A stretch of 64,000 bases of DNA from Haliotis rufescens (lineage: Eukaryota), in the NCBI RefSeq assembly GCF_023055435.1, contig NW_025964257.1, forward strand, positions 2,356,001-2,420,000. The letters are read 5' to 3'. Position 1 is the first letter of the stretch. The number at the start of each line of letters is the position of its first letter. Below are positions 36,301-46,182 of the stretch, piece after piece. A program made the position numbers and the translations under genes. The notes below the pieces were generated by a model. It had not been told where the DNA came from, ran no database searches, and saw nothing but the letters and a program-made list of their open reading frames with translations.

Positions 36301-38917
36301 AGTCAACAACGGTGAAAGCAGTTCAGTGACATATACAGTCAGCATAGTGTCTGAAGGTGAGCCGCGATATTCTGATTTGTTCATATGTTTCAATACCTAT
36401 CTCTGACTGTTGTTTAACAATTGCATCTTCATTGTACAAATAAAGAGCTTAACATTACAGCATTCTCTGATAAAGCTTTTACAGCATTCCTTTTCATATT
36501 AATTTGTTGTCAGGGCCACCAGATGTACCTACACAGTTTAGAGACCTGGATAATGCAACAACGTCGTCGGTATGGTTATCATGGCTGCCTGGTTTCAATG
36601 GTGGACACCCTCAGACGTTTCTGCTTGAGCATCTCAAGTTTGCTACAAGAACTTGGACTGTCTACAAGACCTATGCAGACACCGGCAAGATGATGGTGGT
36701 GGAAGTGACTGGGCTTACACCAGGAGATATTCACATATTCCGACTACATGCTAGAAATGACTATGTGGATTCTAACAGATATGTATTTGTAGAAACTAGG
36801 ACTGCTGGAGGTATGTGTCACTCAAGTAGACACAAATTGTTTAATCTGATAATCAATTAACAACTGATCACCATAAAATTTTAATATATAAGCATATGTT
36901 TTATTTGGAAGTTCTACTTTTTCCTTGTTTATGTAGACAAACATAACTCATCTTCTTTATATTTTAAGTAATTTCCCATTGAGAAGTACTTCAAGTAATG
37001 TTCCTTATATCTATTCATTCAACGTGAAACTGTGTATCTGGGTTCGAGCCAATGAGTTGTGACCTACATATCTGTTAACAGTTGCAGCATCAATAACACC
37101 AAACATTAGGTAATATATAATATTAAGAATCTTGAGCATGTTGTTAATGCGTATGCACAGAAATGTCAACATTGCCCATATTAGGGCATATGTCAATATT
37201 CATGCGCAACCAGATTTTGCAACCCGTTTCAGTTTTGTCTGTCAACGAACGAAAGTTGTTATGTATTTACTCTTGAATATATATTTAACGTGGGTAATGA
37301 AAAATATACCTCACTGATTCTTATAAGATACATATTTTACGAAACTCGTGAACTTTCTGTGATATTTGACCTCGCTTTCGCTCGGTCAGATAACATAGAA
37401 AGTTTCGTAAAAAAACTATGTAATGTTTGTAGTACTCTCTATTTGCCAACCAATCACAAATTAGTTTGTTTGAGAGTAGGAACCTGGAAATGAATACACT
37501 TTCACCTGAATAAAGTGACATACGCGGATAAGCACTCGTCTGTGATGATATTTTGTTTATTTTATAGATCCACCCAATCAACAAAAACTCGAATCTCCAT
37601 CTTCGCATGCAGGGGTAATAGCAGGATCCACAGTCGGAGGCATGCTTCTTACTATGCTCCTTGAGGGAATTATTCTGATCGTACTGTACAGAACAGGCTA
37701 CAGGCCTAGGATCGGACATATTCTGAAAGGTATTTAGTTAAATTTCTATTGTAAAATTATTGTCAACAGGAATAATTTCATTATGATGTTCCATGCGTTT
37801 GAATGTATAATTGTCAGGCCTAGGATTTCCTAATCTGCATTGATATTGACAAAAGGATACATTTGAACCAACAAATGTTTGATTAAAGGTTGTTATTAAT
37901 ATATTTATATGCAGTCATTTAAAGTTGACTTTATTCTTGCACTGAAGGTTTCTTTCGTGATTGACGAGTTTTGTTGTATGTGTGACGTGTTTTTTACATT
38001 ATGTACCATGTGGCTATTTTTGTTTTCCAGAAACTGCATTACGAAAAAGGTATTATAAATGTCAAAGTTAAAGATAACAATGAACGGAACATTTGCAAAA
38101 AAATAAACAAGATAAGTTGTCAAAATAAGACAACTAAAAACAATATTGCATACTGAAGTTAATCGCTTCATTATATTATGTTTTTTTAGAAACCGACCTT
38201 ATTATTTTTGCAGCACCAGGAATCCTGAAACTGTAGAAATGGACAACATAGGGTATTCATCATTAGGTTAGTACTGTTTATTGGGTTTCCCTTTTGTTGA
38301 TATTACTATATATATGGGTCCGTTTAACACTGAAATCATTACAATGTTTTCACATTGTTTTGTTTCAGATCAGATAAATGTCCCAGCCCAGCATTCAAAT
38401 GTGAAGGAATCAGAAAAACAACCGTATTCACAGTTGACGATTTATGAGAATACAAAAGGTGGATATAGATTTTGCATTTTGCTCAATACTGTTTAATTTT
38501 AAGTATTCCAGTGAAGGTAATATTGACGTGCCAGTAAGAAGAAGAGAGTTATGATTTGGATTTGTTGTTAAATACGTAATGAATTACATCTTCAGCGGAT
38601 GCTGCAGCAGGTACAAGTACCTATGAAGGCATGACAGAGACTCCCCCTGTGACCTATGAGTCCATCAGAGCATCACCATACCAGAACACTGGAGCAAATT
38701 CTCAAGGTAACCAAAACATGAAACACTCTTGCTGGTTGGAATCGTATGTCATTGCCATGGACGAAGCATTAAACAGATGCATATGCCTTCTTTTCTATCC
38801 CAATGTAACACGTTTAGCACGTCATGTTATTGTGAGTGATATGAAATCTGTCATATAATCTGTGTTTAATTACATGTAGTTCTATACTTTTCAGGTTCTG
38901 ACCATGACAATAAGTAA
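27338..38917 (+). CDS. Gene C: apparently intact IgSF type-I receptor, SP-5xIg-FN3-TM-multi-Tyr tail (~749 aa); nephrin/sidestep/CD22-like architecture
   Basis: join(27338-27377,27693-28031,31837-32118,34509-34766,35509-35787,36060-36356,36514-36810,37568-37729,38031-38049,38214-38266,38369-38458,38596-38706,38895-38917) = 2250 nt, all GT-AG, no internal stop found. Confidence 0.85.
27693..28031 (+). CDS. Gene C exon: atypical V-set Ig domain
   Basis: ARFSW...YRDRL...FTLSNIQTSDAGTYTC...NCGQKLVVL; cag|...G|gtgagt. Confidence 0.9.
28894..31388. repeat. 51-bp minisatellite, about 48-49 units, in gene C intron 2
   Basis: Unit cctgacagagaa(t/a)tgtgt(c/t)cct(g/t)gtat(c/a)taatgagtctcattgtgtatgac. 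Confidence 0.97.
31837..32118 (+). CDS. Gene C exon: Ig domain 2 (C2-like)
   Basis: GKPTTP...VTLTCSS...YIW...YRCRARE; aag|...T|gtgagt. Confidence 0.9.
32862..33190 (+). mobile_element. SINE family 3 copy
   Basis: Similar to 22713-23035 (cgctcggcattaagaggctcaaacaaggactggtcggctcag). Confidence 0.75.
34238..34388. repeat. ~150-bp near-perfect palindrome (MITE-like)
   Basis: Arms ttttttcggttcattgaggtatgaatcgaaaaaccga and tcggtttttcgattcatacctcaatgaaccgaaaaaa around the centre gaatccgctacgcggattc. Confidence 0.9.
34509..34766 (+). CDS. Gene C exon: Ig domain 3
   Basis: YGPYQISLTP...ITCSAICRPGCTYRW...GSYRCQPSN...VSVDVQ; T|gtaagt. Confidence 0.9.
34733..35290 (+). repeat. 54-bp tandem repeat (10 units) spanning the exon end and GTAAGT donor
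   Basis: Unit ggtgacagtgttacagtcagtgtcgatgttcagt|gtaagtatatagtctacact. Confidence 0.95.
35509..35787 (+). CDS. Gene C exon: Ig domain 4
   Basis: VTLRCQVDSNPRS...GNYSCTATNNIG...VELLVK; paralog of 11994-12265. Confidence 0.9.
36060..36356 (+). CDS. Gene C exon: Ig domain 5 (I-set-like, no B-F disulfide)
   Basis: VSVLAYPLPTFTW...LHLTNLQQQDFGDYSLTVNN; paralog of 14480-14776. Confidence 0.9.
36514..36810 (+). CDS. Gene C exon: fibronectin type III domain
   Basis: GPPDVP...SVWLSWLPGFNGGHPQTF...VTGLTPG...FRLHARN. Confidence 0.9.
37140..37420. mobile_element. Interspersed non-autonomous repeat with internal hairpin; inverted copy at ~52070-52335
   Basis: tcatgcgcaaccagattttgcaa.cc.tttcagttt.gtctgtcaacgaacg is present in opposite orientation at 52240-52296. 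Confidence 0.7.
37568..37729 (+). CDS. Gene C exon: transmembrane segment
   Basis: AGVIAGSTVGGMLLTMLLEGIILIVLYRTGYRPR; homologous to the TM exons of A, B and D. Confidence 0.85.
38031..38917 (+). CDS. Gene C cytoplasmic tail, five small exons
   Basis: ETALRKSTRNPETVEMDNIGYSSLDQINVPAQHSNVKESEKQPYSQLTIYENTKADAAAGTSTYEGMTETPPVTYESIRASPYQNTGANSQGSDHDNK*; same exon layout as A and B. Confidence 0.85.
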
Positions 38918-39012
38918 CGAAGAAGGAAGACATCATCATATCAGATCCAGTAACAGACCAAGGAACATGTGCAATATATTATATTCCTTTCCTTTGAGTC
39001 AAAACATCGTTA

Positions 39013-39240
39013 GATCCGGGGTAGAATAAGTCTTCAGCAACCCGTGCCTGCTGTAAAAGGCGACTACGTTTGTCATAAGAAGCGTCCAACGGGGTTGGGT
39101 GGTCATGCTCGCTGAGTTGGTTAGATCGGTGCTTATGTAATCGTCACTGGATTGTCTGGTCCAGTCTCGATTATTTACAGACCTTCGTTATATAACTTGA
39201 ATATTGCTGAGTGCGGTGTTCAACAACGATCCAACAACAA
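39013..39240 (+). mobile_element. Short SINE-like interspersed repeat
   Basis: gtaaaaggcgact motif; 3' end gaatattgctgagtgcggtgttcaacaac...caacaacaa resembles the other SINE tails. Confidence 0.5.
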
Positions 39241-39629
39241 AACATCGCTATTACTCACTTCACGTTTTCATAACATTAAATTATGTTGGTTATGCTCGTG
39301 TCTATATATGTATCGCCTTTGTCACTGAATGTCACATAGCAAATAAATACATTTTCAAAATAAATTAACAAAACGCTTTGATGATCACGTTAACATAATG
39401 GAAACATTGCTGATGAAATATTGTTATCAGTGTCAGATTTCTGGGACTTTAACCTGTTGCTATTACATGGTGCGAAGCAGCATATGTTGTTGAACCTAAA
39501 TGAGGAAACCTGATCAGCCAGGTTTTGTTTTTAGTTTTTAACATACAGTCGTATAAAGTCAGGTATTGTCATCACTTAACCAGATGCCAGTACTGCAATA
39601 TTATGATAAATAATTCACCTTAATTCAGG

Positions 39630-40025
39630 AGGTGAGGTGATGTGAACTGGCTTTTAACGTCGCAATTGTATTACCCTTATTTAGTGTAGGTGTGTGAGCG
39701 TGTGTGAGCGTGTGTGAGTGTTTAAGTATGTGCCTGTGTGAGTAAAGAGTGTGTACGTGTATACTTGTTTGTACAAGTCATAACTGCAGACCGCCATTGA
39801 CAGCCCACTGAGATGCACTGCCTCGTGTAAACATGGATTCCCCACTCAGAAACAGTATCCTGCCTCTGAGCCACCGACAAGGACTTGTTTTATCTTTAAT
39901 TGCCGAGCACAAAGCAGGGTAACAACAAGTTCCATTTTTAAAAGTTTTTTGGTATGACACGACAAGGGATCAAACCACAGACCTTCCGCTCTCTGGGCAG
40001 ACCTTCTGACCATTAGATCACAGAG
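39630..40025 (-). mobile_element. SINE family 3 copy
   Basis: Reverse-complement match (ttaattgccgagcac...ccatttttaaaag...ggtatgacacga...gatcaaacc). Confidence 0.75.
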
Positions 40026-40409
40026 GCAGAACAAAAAAACACGAATATCACACAAGTGGCAATGCCTACCATAACTCTCACTGTGATGTTTACATTGCTT
40101 TAAACTGCCTCTTTATCAGTCGATGTGGTTACATGGCACATTACTAAAACTGTGGTGTGTGTTGGAAACATTGATTTCTTCTTCAATGTTGGGATGTTAT
40201 AATCTGTAGGTGGGATATAACATTTGGATAGATTTGTTTTCAAGTCAGACGAACGACAAATGTAACAACAGTAACATGCACAGTGGGGCCATTGGCTTTG
40301 TGAACATAAGGACTAAATCAGTGATGAGTGGTTTATTGTCACATATAGATCTAGAAAAGATAGATGGCTCGGATGAGGATGACTGAGAAGAGGACGATGA
40401 TTTGGAGGA

Positions 40410-40510
40410 TTCTAAAGGTGACTTTATATTGGCTGCCCCATTGCCAAATAATCGTGGCTGTAGTTTTGTGTTTGTGATGACAGACGTGTTTTCCAGGTAT
40501 CTTCATCTGA
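40410..40510 (+). mobile_element. Gypsy-type LTR retrotransposon integrase fragment
   Basis: LAAPLPNNRGCSFVFVMTDVFSRY resembles the integrase (rve) N-terminal motif GPLP...YILVxVDxFS(K/R). Confidence 0.5.
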
Positions 40511-40789
40511 AACAACCGAGGAGGGACAAAAAAAACGAATATAACTTCATTGATTTCAGAAATATGATATTGATTATGAAACAAACAAGTGCTCTTTTCA
40601 TGCTTTCCGAGATTATGAATACTGAATAACTGTTTTGAATAAAGCTCACATGTGAACAATATTGCTTCTGTAAATTTACAATATTTCCCACAAACCCAGG
40701 CGATAGTTCTAATGCACACACTGCATGTCAGTTTATAGAAATCAATCATTCCGATTTGTGACCTACATGCTAACCATGACTTTGAAGAA

Positions 40790-40955
40790 GTGAGTGAGTG
40801 AGTTTGGTTTTACGCCCTTTTAGCAACATTCCAGCAATATCATGGCGGGGCACACCAGAAATGGGCTTCACACATTGTACACATGTCGGGAATCGACCCC
40901 GGGTCTTCGGCATGACGAGCGAACGCTTTAACCACTAGGCTACCCGACCGCCCCT
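40790..40955 (-). mobile_element. SINE family 2 copy
   Basis: Reverse complement of 18819-18990; flanked by the direct repeat tgactttgaagaa (target-site duplication). Confidence 0.9.
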
Positions 40956-42699
40956 GACTTTGAAGAAAGATATGTAACATAGTTTGTAATGTGTTCAGTG
41001 GGTCCACGTGTTAGGTAACTCCATATACTCGAGTAGCCTCTTAAGGTCGGCATTGCTCTGTTGTTTCATAACATATAGCCAGTGTCATTCTGAAAATGAT
41101 TTCAGTGGCCAGATGATCAAGATTACACATTTCACTTGTTCAATAACCAGTGTATGAATACATAGGCTAATCTGTATTTATATGTTTGCTTGTTTGTGTG
41201 TTTGTTTATTTGTTTATTTATTCATTTACATGAACATGTGTAACTGACACAGTTTGTTCTCCTTCCTGCAACAACATTGAGGGTGATGTATTGAAAATTA
41301 TACGCAGCCCCTTTTTAGACAAAGGAGAATAGTATGATATACAACGTCAACACCAGAACATAACCAGTCTCGATTATCTGCAAACCAAATTTCCTCGAGG
41401 CGTAAAAGGCAAAATAGCAGCGGAAATTATTTGAATGGATTACTGAAAATCAGTGATGACACAAGGTGTGCGCCAAAAAGCCCTGATCGACCGGTAGCAC
41501 GCGTCACTCACGCAAATTGCAGAAACAAAGTAATCGTTTGTTTGTTGCCTGACGCCGTACGGCAGTATTACTTCCCCACATTCATGGGTACTCGTCTGTA
41601 ACACGTCTACACAGACACCTACAATCAATACGCATGCACTGTGCCCCAGCACCCTTACCTGCTAGTTTGTTGCGTGGTCGTCCACGTTTGTCACCATGCA
41701 ATGAATAACCAGAAATTCTGAATGAATACAAACTGAGAACTATTTCATGTCTACACAGAACCATACAATCAGTAGGTTCACACTATTACCAAGTGACAAT
41801 ATCTGCTTTGTGTAACACACGACCTAGTTTAATGGGTACACGTCTGAGTGACATAAATCATTCCGTGAATATATATATATTTCCATTTCCATGCAAGCCA
41901 GGTATATATATAGACTGTAGTTTAACGCCAGTATCTATTTCCTACACCCGACCTAGTTTCACACACAGCTTTCATGTATAAAACTAAAAACTATACCACG
42001 TCTACTTTAGTCAGTACATGCAACCTGGAAGTAGATATACACTGTAGTTCAGCGCCAATATACATTACGTGTGACACCCGACCTAGTTTCACACACTGCC
42101 GACATGGCCATGCTGTACACCCGTCTCATCCTCACAGTTGGAGCTCTCTTGGTGGACATATGTCACAAACACGTGGGTAAGTACACGTATCTGACTGCTT
42201 GTGGTTTATGTGTGTTAATATTATTGCATCAGGGGTAAACGTAATGAATCTCACACTCAGTTCCCACACATACAGTGGCTGAAAATAGAACCAGGAAGTA
42301 GATTGCACATATATGTCAGTGGGGAGGACACGCCTGTAGTTACATACATCTACCTCCGCATGTTGATGATAAAGAATGTTGAATATACATGTGGTTTACT
42401 AGTTATGAACATGAAGCATACAAATGAATAAAACATTGATCTCGTTATGTAGAAGTAGTTAGTTTTGTCAGGTCCTAACAGCATGCTTTATTTATCAGCA
42501 CATGAAACGGGATAACGAGAATTGTTTATAATTATACAGAATCAGCTAGTCGGTTTGGTTTAACACTGGTTTGAACAGTATTTCACTTACAGCTGTGTGT
42601 CAGCTTGATGAAGGAGGAAAGCCAGAATGTATGTCTTACCCATTCACTTTGGTGAAACCCACGAGCGCAGGTGTAGTGCTGACAAACCAGGAAAACATA

Positions 42700-43640
42700 T
42701 GTGAATAAATCACAATGGAATAGCAATAATACCAGGTCTTCTAAAGAGTGATTGAAAGGAAACTAGTTCACTTTTTTAAAGACCTTATTTCATGTTCAGT
42801 ATATCAATGGCTGCATCGCTTCATTGAGATGATGCGGACACCCTTTAATATATGAAACACCATGCTGAATATACGTTCACAACTTCAAACGAACTACTGT
42901 TAATTGCCATTCAAACCCACTGTGTTTCAAAATGTCAGTGTGATTATCCAATACTTGTCGGTATTCGGGGTTTTCCAAGAATGAGATTTAACCCGAGTCC
43001 CAACACGAAAAGGTCTTCAGCGAGAAAACGCTATGAATACCCAGAACACCAACAACCTTCAGTGATCTCAGGTTTTCCTCAGGTTTTATCGCTTACATTA
43101 TGTTCGTCATTGAAGGGGTAACTTCATATACTGCCAACATATGTTAAACTAATAATGGACCCCTTATCTATTCAGTCTCTTGAATGTCATGTTGACTGTG
43201 ATAGTGAACCTTTTGTTGCCCGTGTAGCTGTTCTGAACACGGGAGAGTCACCTGCATGTGCCTATTGTAAGCTATGGTCAGTGACACGATACCAGTTTAA
43301 TAGCGTGTTGTATTGATCTTGGTATATGCAAAGACAAGGCAATGTGGAGACTATTCAACTTGTGGTGGCTAGTGTACGATCCAATAACACCCAGGGTTGT
43401 GAATGGTGGAAGTTGCCATGGCATTTGTCGGGCTGCCTCCTCCGGTGTAAAGTATGGTGTCCCTTCTGTGTCAGAACTGTGGAGTTCTAGGCTTTTCATA
43501 TAGGCACCATATTCCCAATGCTTTGTTGCATAAGAGGACAATATTTCGGGATGAGAGCACAGTGCATCGCAAGGCGCCACAACGCGACTGATCCACAGCA
43601 TGAAATGTCATCAGTGAACAAGGCGATTAGATTAAACCAT
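42700..43640 (-). pseudogene. Degenerate duplicated block, copy 3 of 3
   Basis: Contains track ORF 43278-43601(-) YFTPEEAARQMP...LNSLHIALSLHIPRSIQHAI, homologous to copy 1. Confidence 0.55.
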
Positions 43641-44194
43641 GGTGGCTGTTTAGAGTTATCTTGTGTTGAAATAGATTGGACGGTTTTTCCACCACCCCAT
43701 ACGCATGTGTTGATATAACATTCTGAATAACACTCTTTTCTCATTGTAATTTGTTTAATTAGCAATGTAGCTTTCTTCAATATATTAAATTCTTTTCCAT
43801 TATATTTCCTAATTCATAACTATATAAAGCCACATATTTACAGCGGGAGTTCAGCAGTTGTCATGGGAAATATTTCATGCAAATTTAATCTGATGATCAT
43901 CGGATTTGCTGACGTATCGATGCAATGCATAAATATTTAACCATGATTGCCTTCTTCGATGCCTTCCTGTGCCACTTGAACCTTGTTGATTCGAAAATGA
44001 GAGGATGTGTGAAGCGTTGTTTGACTCTCCACAAATATATAACATATACATAAATAATGAAACGTTGGTTGTTGTACACAAATGCACGCTTATTTCTTGA
44101 CCTTCTGACAGCAAAACATCTAACTATGATGGAATGAAGAGAAATGCTGAACCACCTCGATCACCTCGATTGTTTGCTAGTTATTTTGGTAAAT

Positions 44195-44605
44195 GTAATT
44201 TAACACTGCCTTCCTCAGTCGATGTTGCGTCAAAACAGTGATTCCCCAGTACAAATTAACACTGCCTTCCACAGTCGATGCTGCTACAAAAGAGTGATTC
44301 TAAGATACAAATTAACACTGCCTTCCTCAGTCGATGCTGCTACAAAAGAGTGATTCTCAGATACAAATTAACACTGCCTTCCACAGTCGATGTTGCTACA
44401 AAAGAGTGATTCTAAGATACAAATTAACAGTGTCTTCCACAGTCGATGTTGGGTCAAAACAGTGATTCCCCAGTACAAATTAACACAGCCTTCCACAGTC
44501 GATGTTGCGTCACAACAGTGAATCCCCGGAAGAAATTAACACTACCTCACACTGTCGATGTGGTGTCAAAACACTGGTTCTCTGGTACACATAGACACTG
44601 CCCTA
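44195..44605. repeat. 56-bp minisatellite, about 7 units
   Basis: Unit tacaaattaacactgccttccacagtcgatgttgctacaaaagagtgattctaaga; starts at 44250, 44306, 44362. Confidence 0.9.
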
Positions 44606-46109
44606 TACTTTTGATAATTCTTTCTCAAGATGACACATGTTCTTGTTTAAAACAGTACTGTGTGGCTGAATTCAACAACAATTGTTGTTTTTGTCATTAT
44701 ATTATCAGTGCTGATATATTTTAATAGTATTTATCTCGACATTGCGAATGCGTGATTGCTATGAGACTGTCACCTTGCTAGGAGTACCAGCAAATATGAG
44801 AGTCCAAAATGTCTGGGAACGAAAACATACCATCGACGTGGTTCATGTAAATAAAAGCAACAATAAACATTTCAATAATCATAAGACGTATCTGCTTGAA
44901 GAAGAGGCCATTGTGCAATTGTGCTAATTTCATACGCATGGGTTTATGAATCACTATCAAATATGTTACAAGGTGTTCACGATACGGTCAGCGTGTCCGG
45001 CCTGACCAGTGGCATCCCTCACAAACAGAAGCAAAGACATGTACCATGTTCACTAGAATATAACAGGGCAACACATGATAGCAATAAGGAATTGCACCGG
45101 ACATCAATTTTGTGACTGATGTCTTCCACATATCTACCATAAAACTACCCGAAATGCTGTTACACTGATCAAACAACTTTTGAGCATGAGTTGTAAGACA
45201 CTCTTTGAAAGTCTCATAGAGAGAGCATGCTCGATTGTATACTGTGATACAAATAGCTCACTATTGCTGTTGCTGCCGGTACTGATGCCACATTGTACTA
45301 ATATGGGCAAACATGCGACCAGCTGTGTTATTCAAACATGAACAATGTGAAGCTTATCTTTCGTAGTGCGTTAAAGAAATCGTATGTCGTGATAAATTCA
45401 TTTATTGTTCATTTGACGAGGTATCAAATAAAAGTGACAAAAACTATTTCCATATTCATAAGAAACCCCTGCCAAAAGCAGTCAATTTAAAATTCCGACC
45501 ATAACATTAGCATGTATCAATGAATGACCATCACGTAGTGATGATACCATGAGAGCGTTTCCTGCCCCACTAGTGGCCCCCGTCACAAACACATTTGAAA
45601 CCAAGTCAATTGTTCACTTGAAAAAATGGAACAAGTCAAAATACGGACTTTTGTTGGACATCATTTTTGTCGCTGATGCTTCAAATACGAATTTCAACAA
45701 TGTAATGTACAGTGTGTTTCTTCACAACTATACAAACTCTCCAATTCACGGAAAGAGTCCGAAATGCATCGTGTGTAGCAGTGGAATCTGTTCCAATGTG
45801 CCGGATTGGGCGATGTGACAACAGAATTGTTGTTGCACTAAGGGGGCACCACATATTGGATATAAGCAGTACTTAGAAACGATGAGTCAGATAGGTCGGA
45901 TCAGTAGGTCGGATCAATAGGTCGGATCAATATGTTATGTGTTGTGTAGCTGTAGAATACATATGATCTGTGGGTATGGCGTGCTCATCTATTTATATCT
46001 CGGTGTAGTTCTGACCTACTTATTCTCTCGCCCACCCGGAATTACAATACCATTTCAATACGTACACTTCAGATGACAACACTGTGTATGTGTGAGCGTG
46101 AGCTCTAAA

Positions 46110-46182
46110 ATGTTTACCTGTGGATATCTCACATACATTTCACTTCTGATTCTGGTGGATGTAGGACAGATTCCCCGTACAG
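46110..46182 (+). CDS. Gene D probable signal-peptide exon
   Basis: MFTCGYLTYISLLILVDVGQIPRT, then G|gtaagg (phase 1), joining DSAPVL. Confidence 0.6.

Noticed and set aside
27338-38917. Assigning a gene symbol (nephrin, sidestep, CD22, hemicentin, Dscam, FREP)
   Set aside because: Only the architecture is similar. There is no fibrinogen domain, no mutually exclusive exon arrays and no recognisable orthology.
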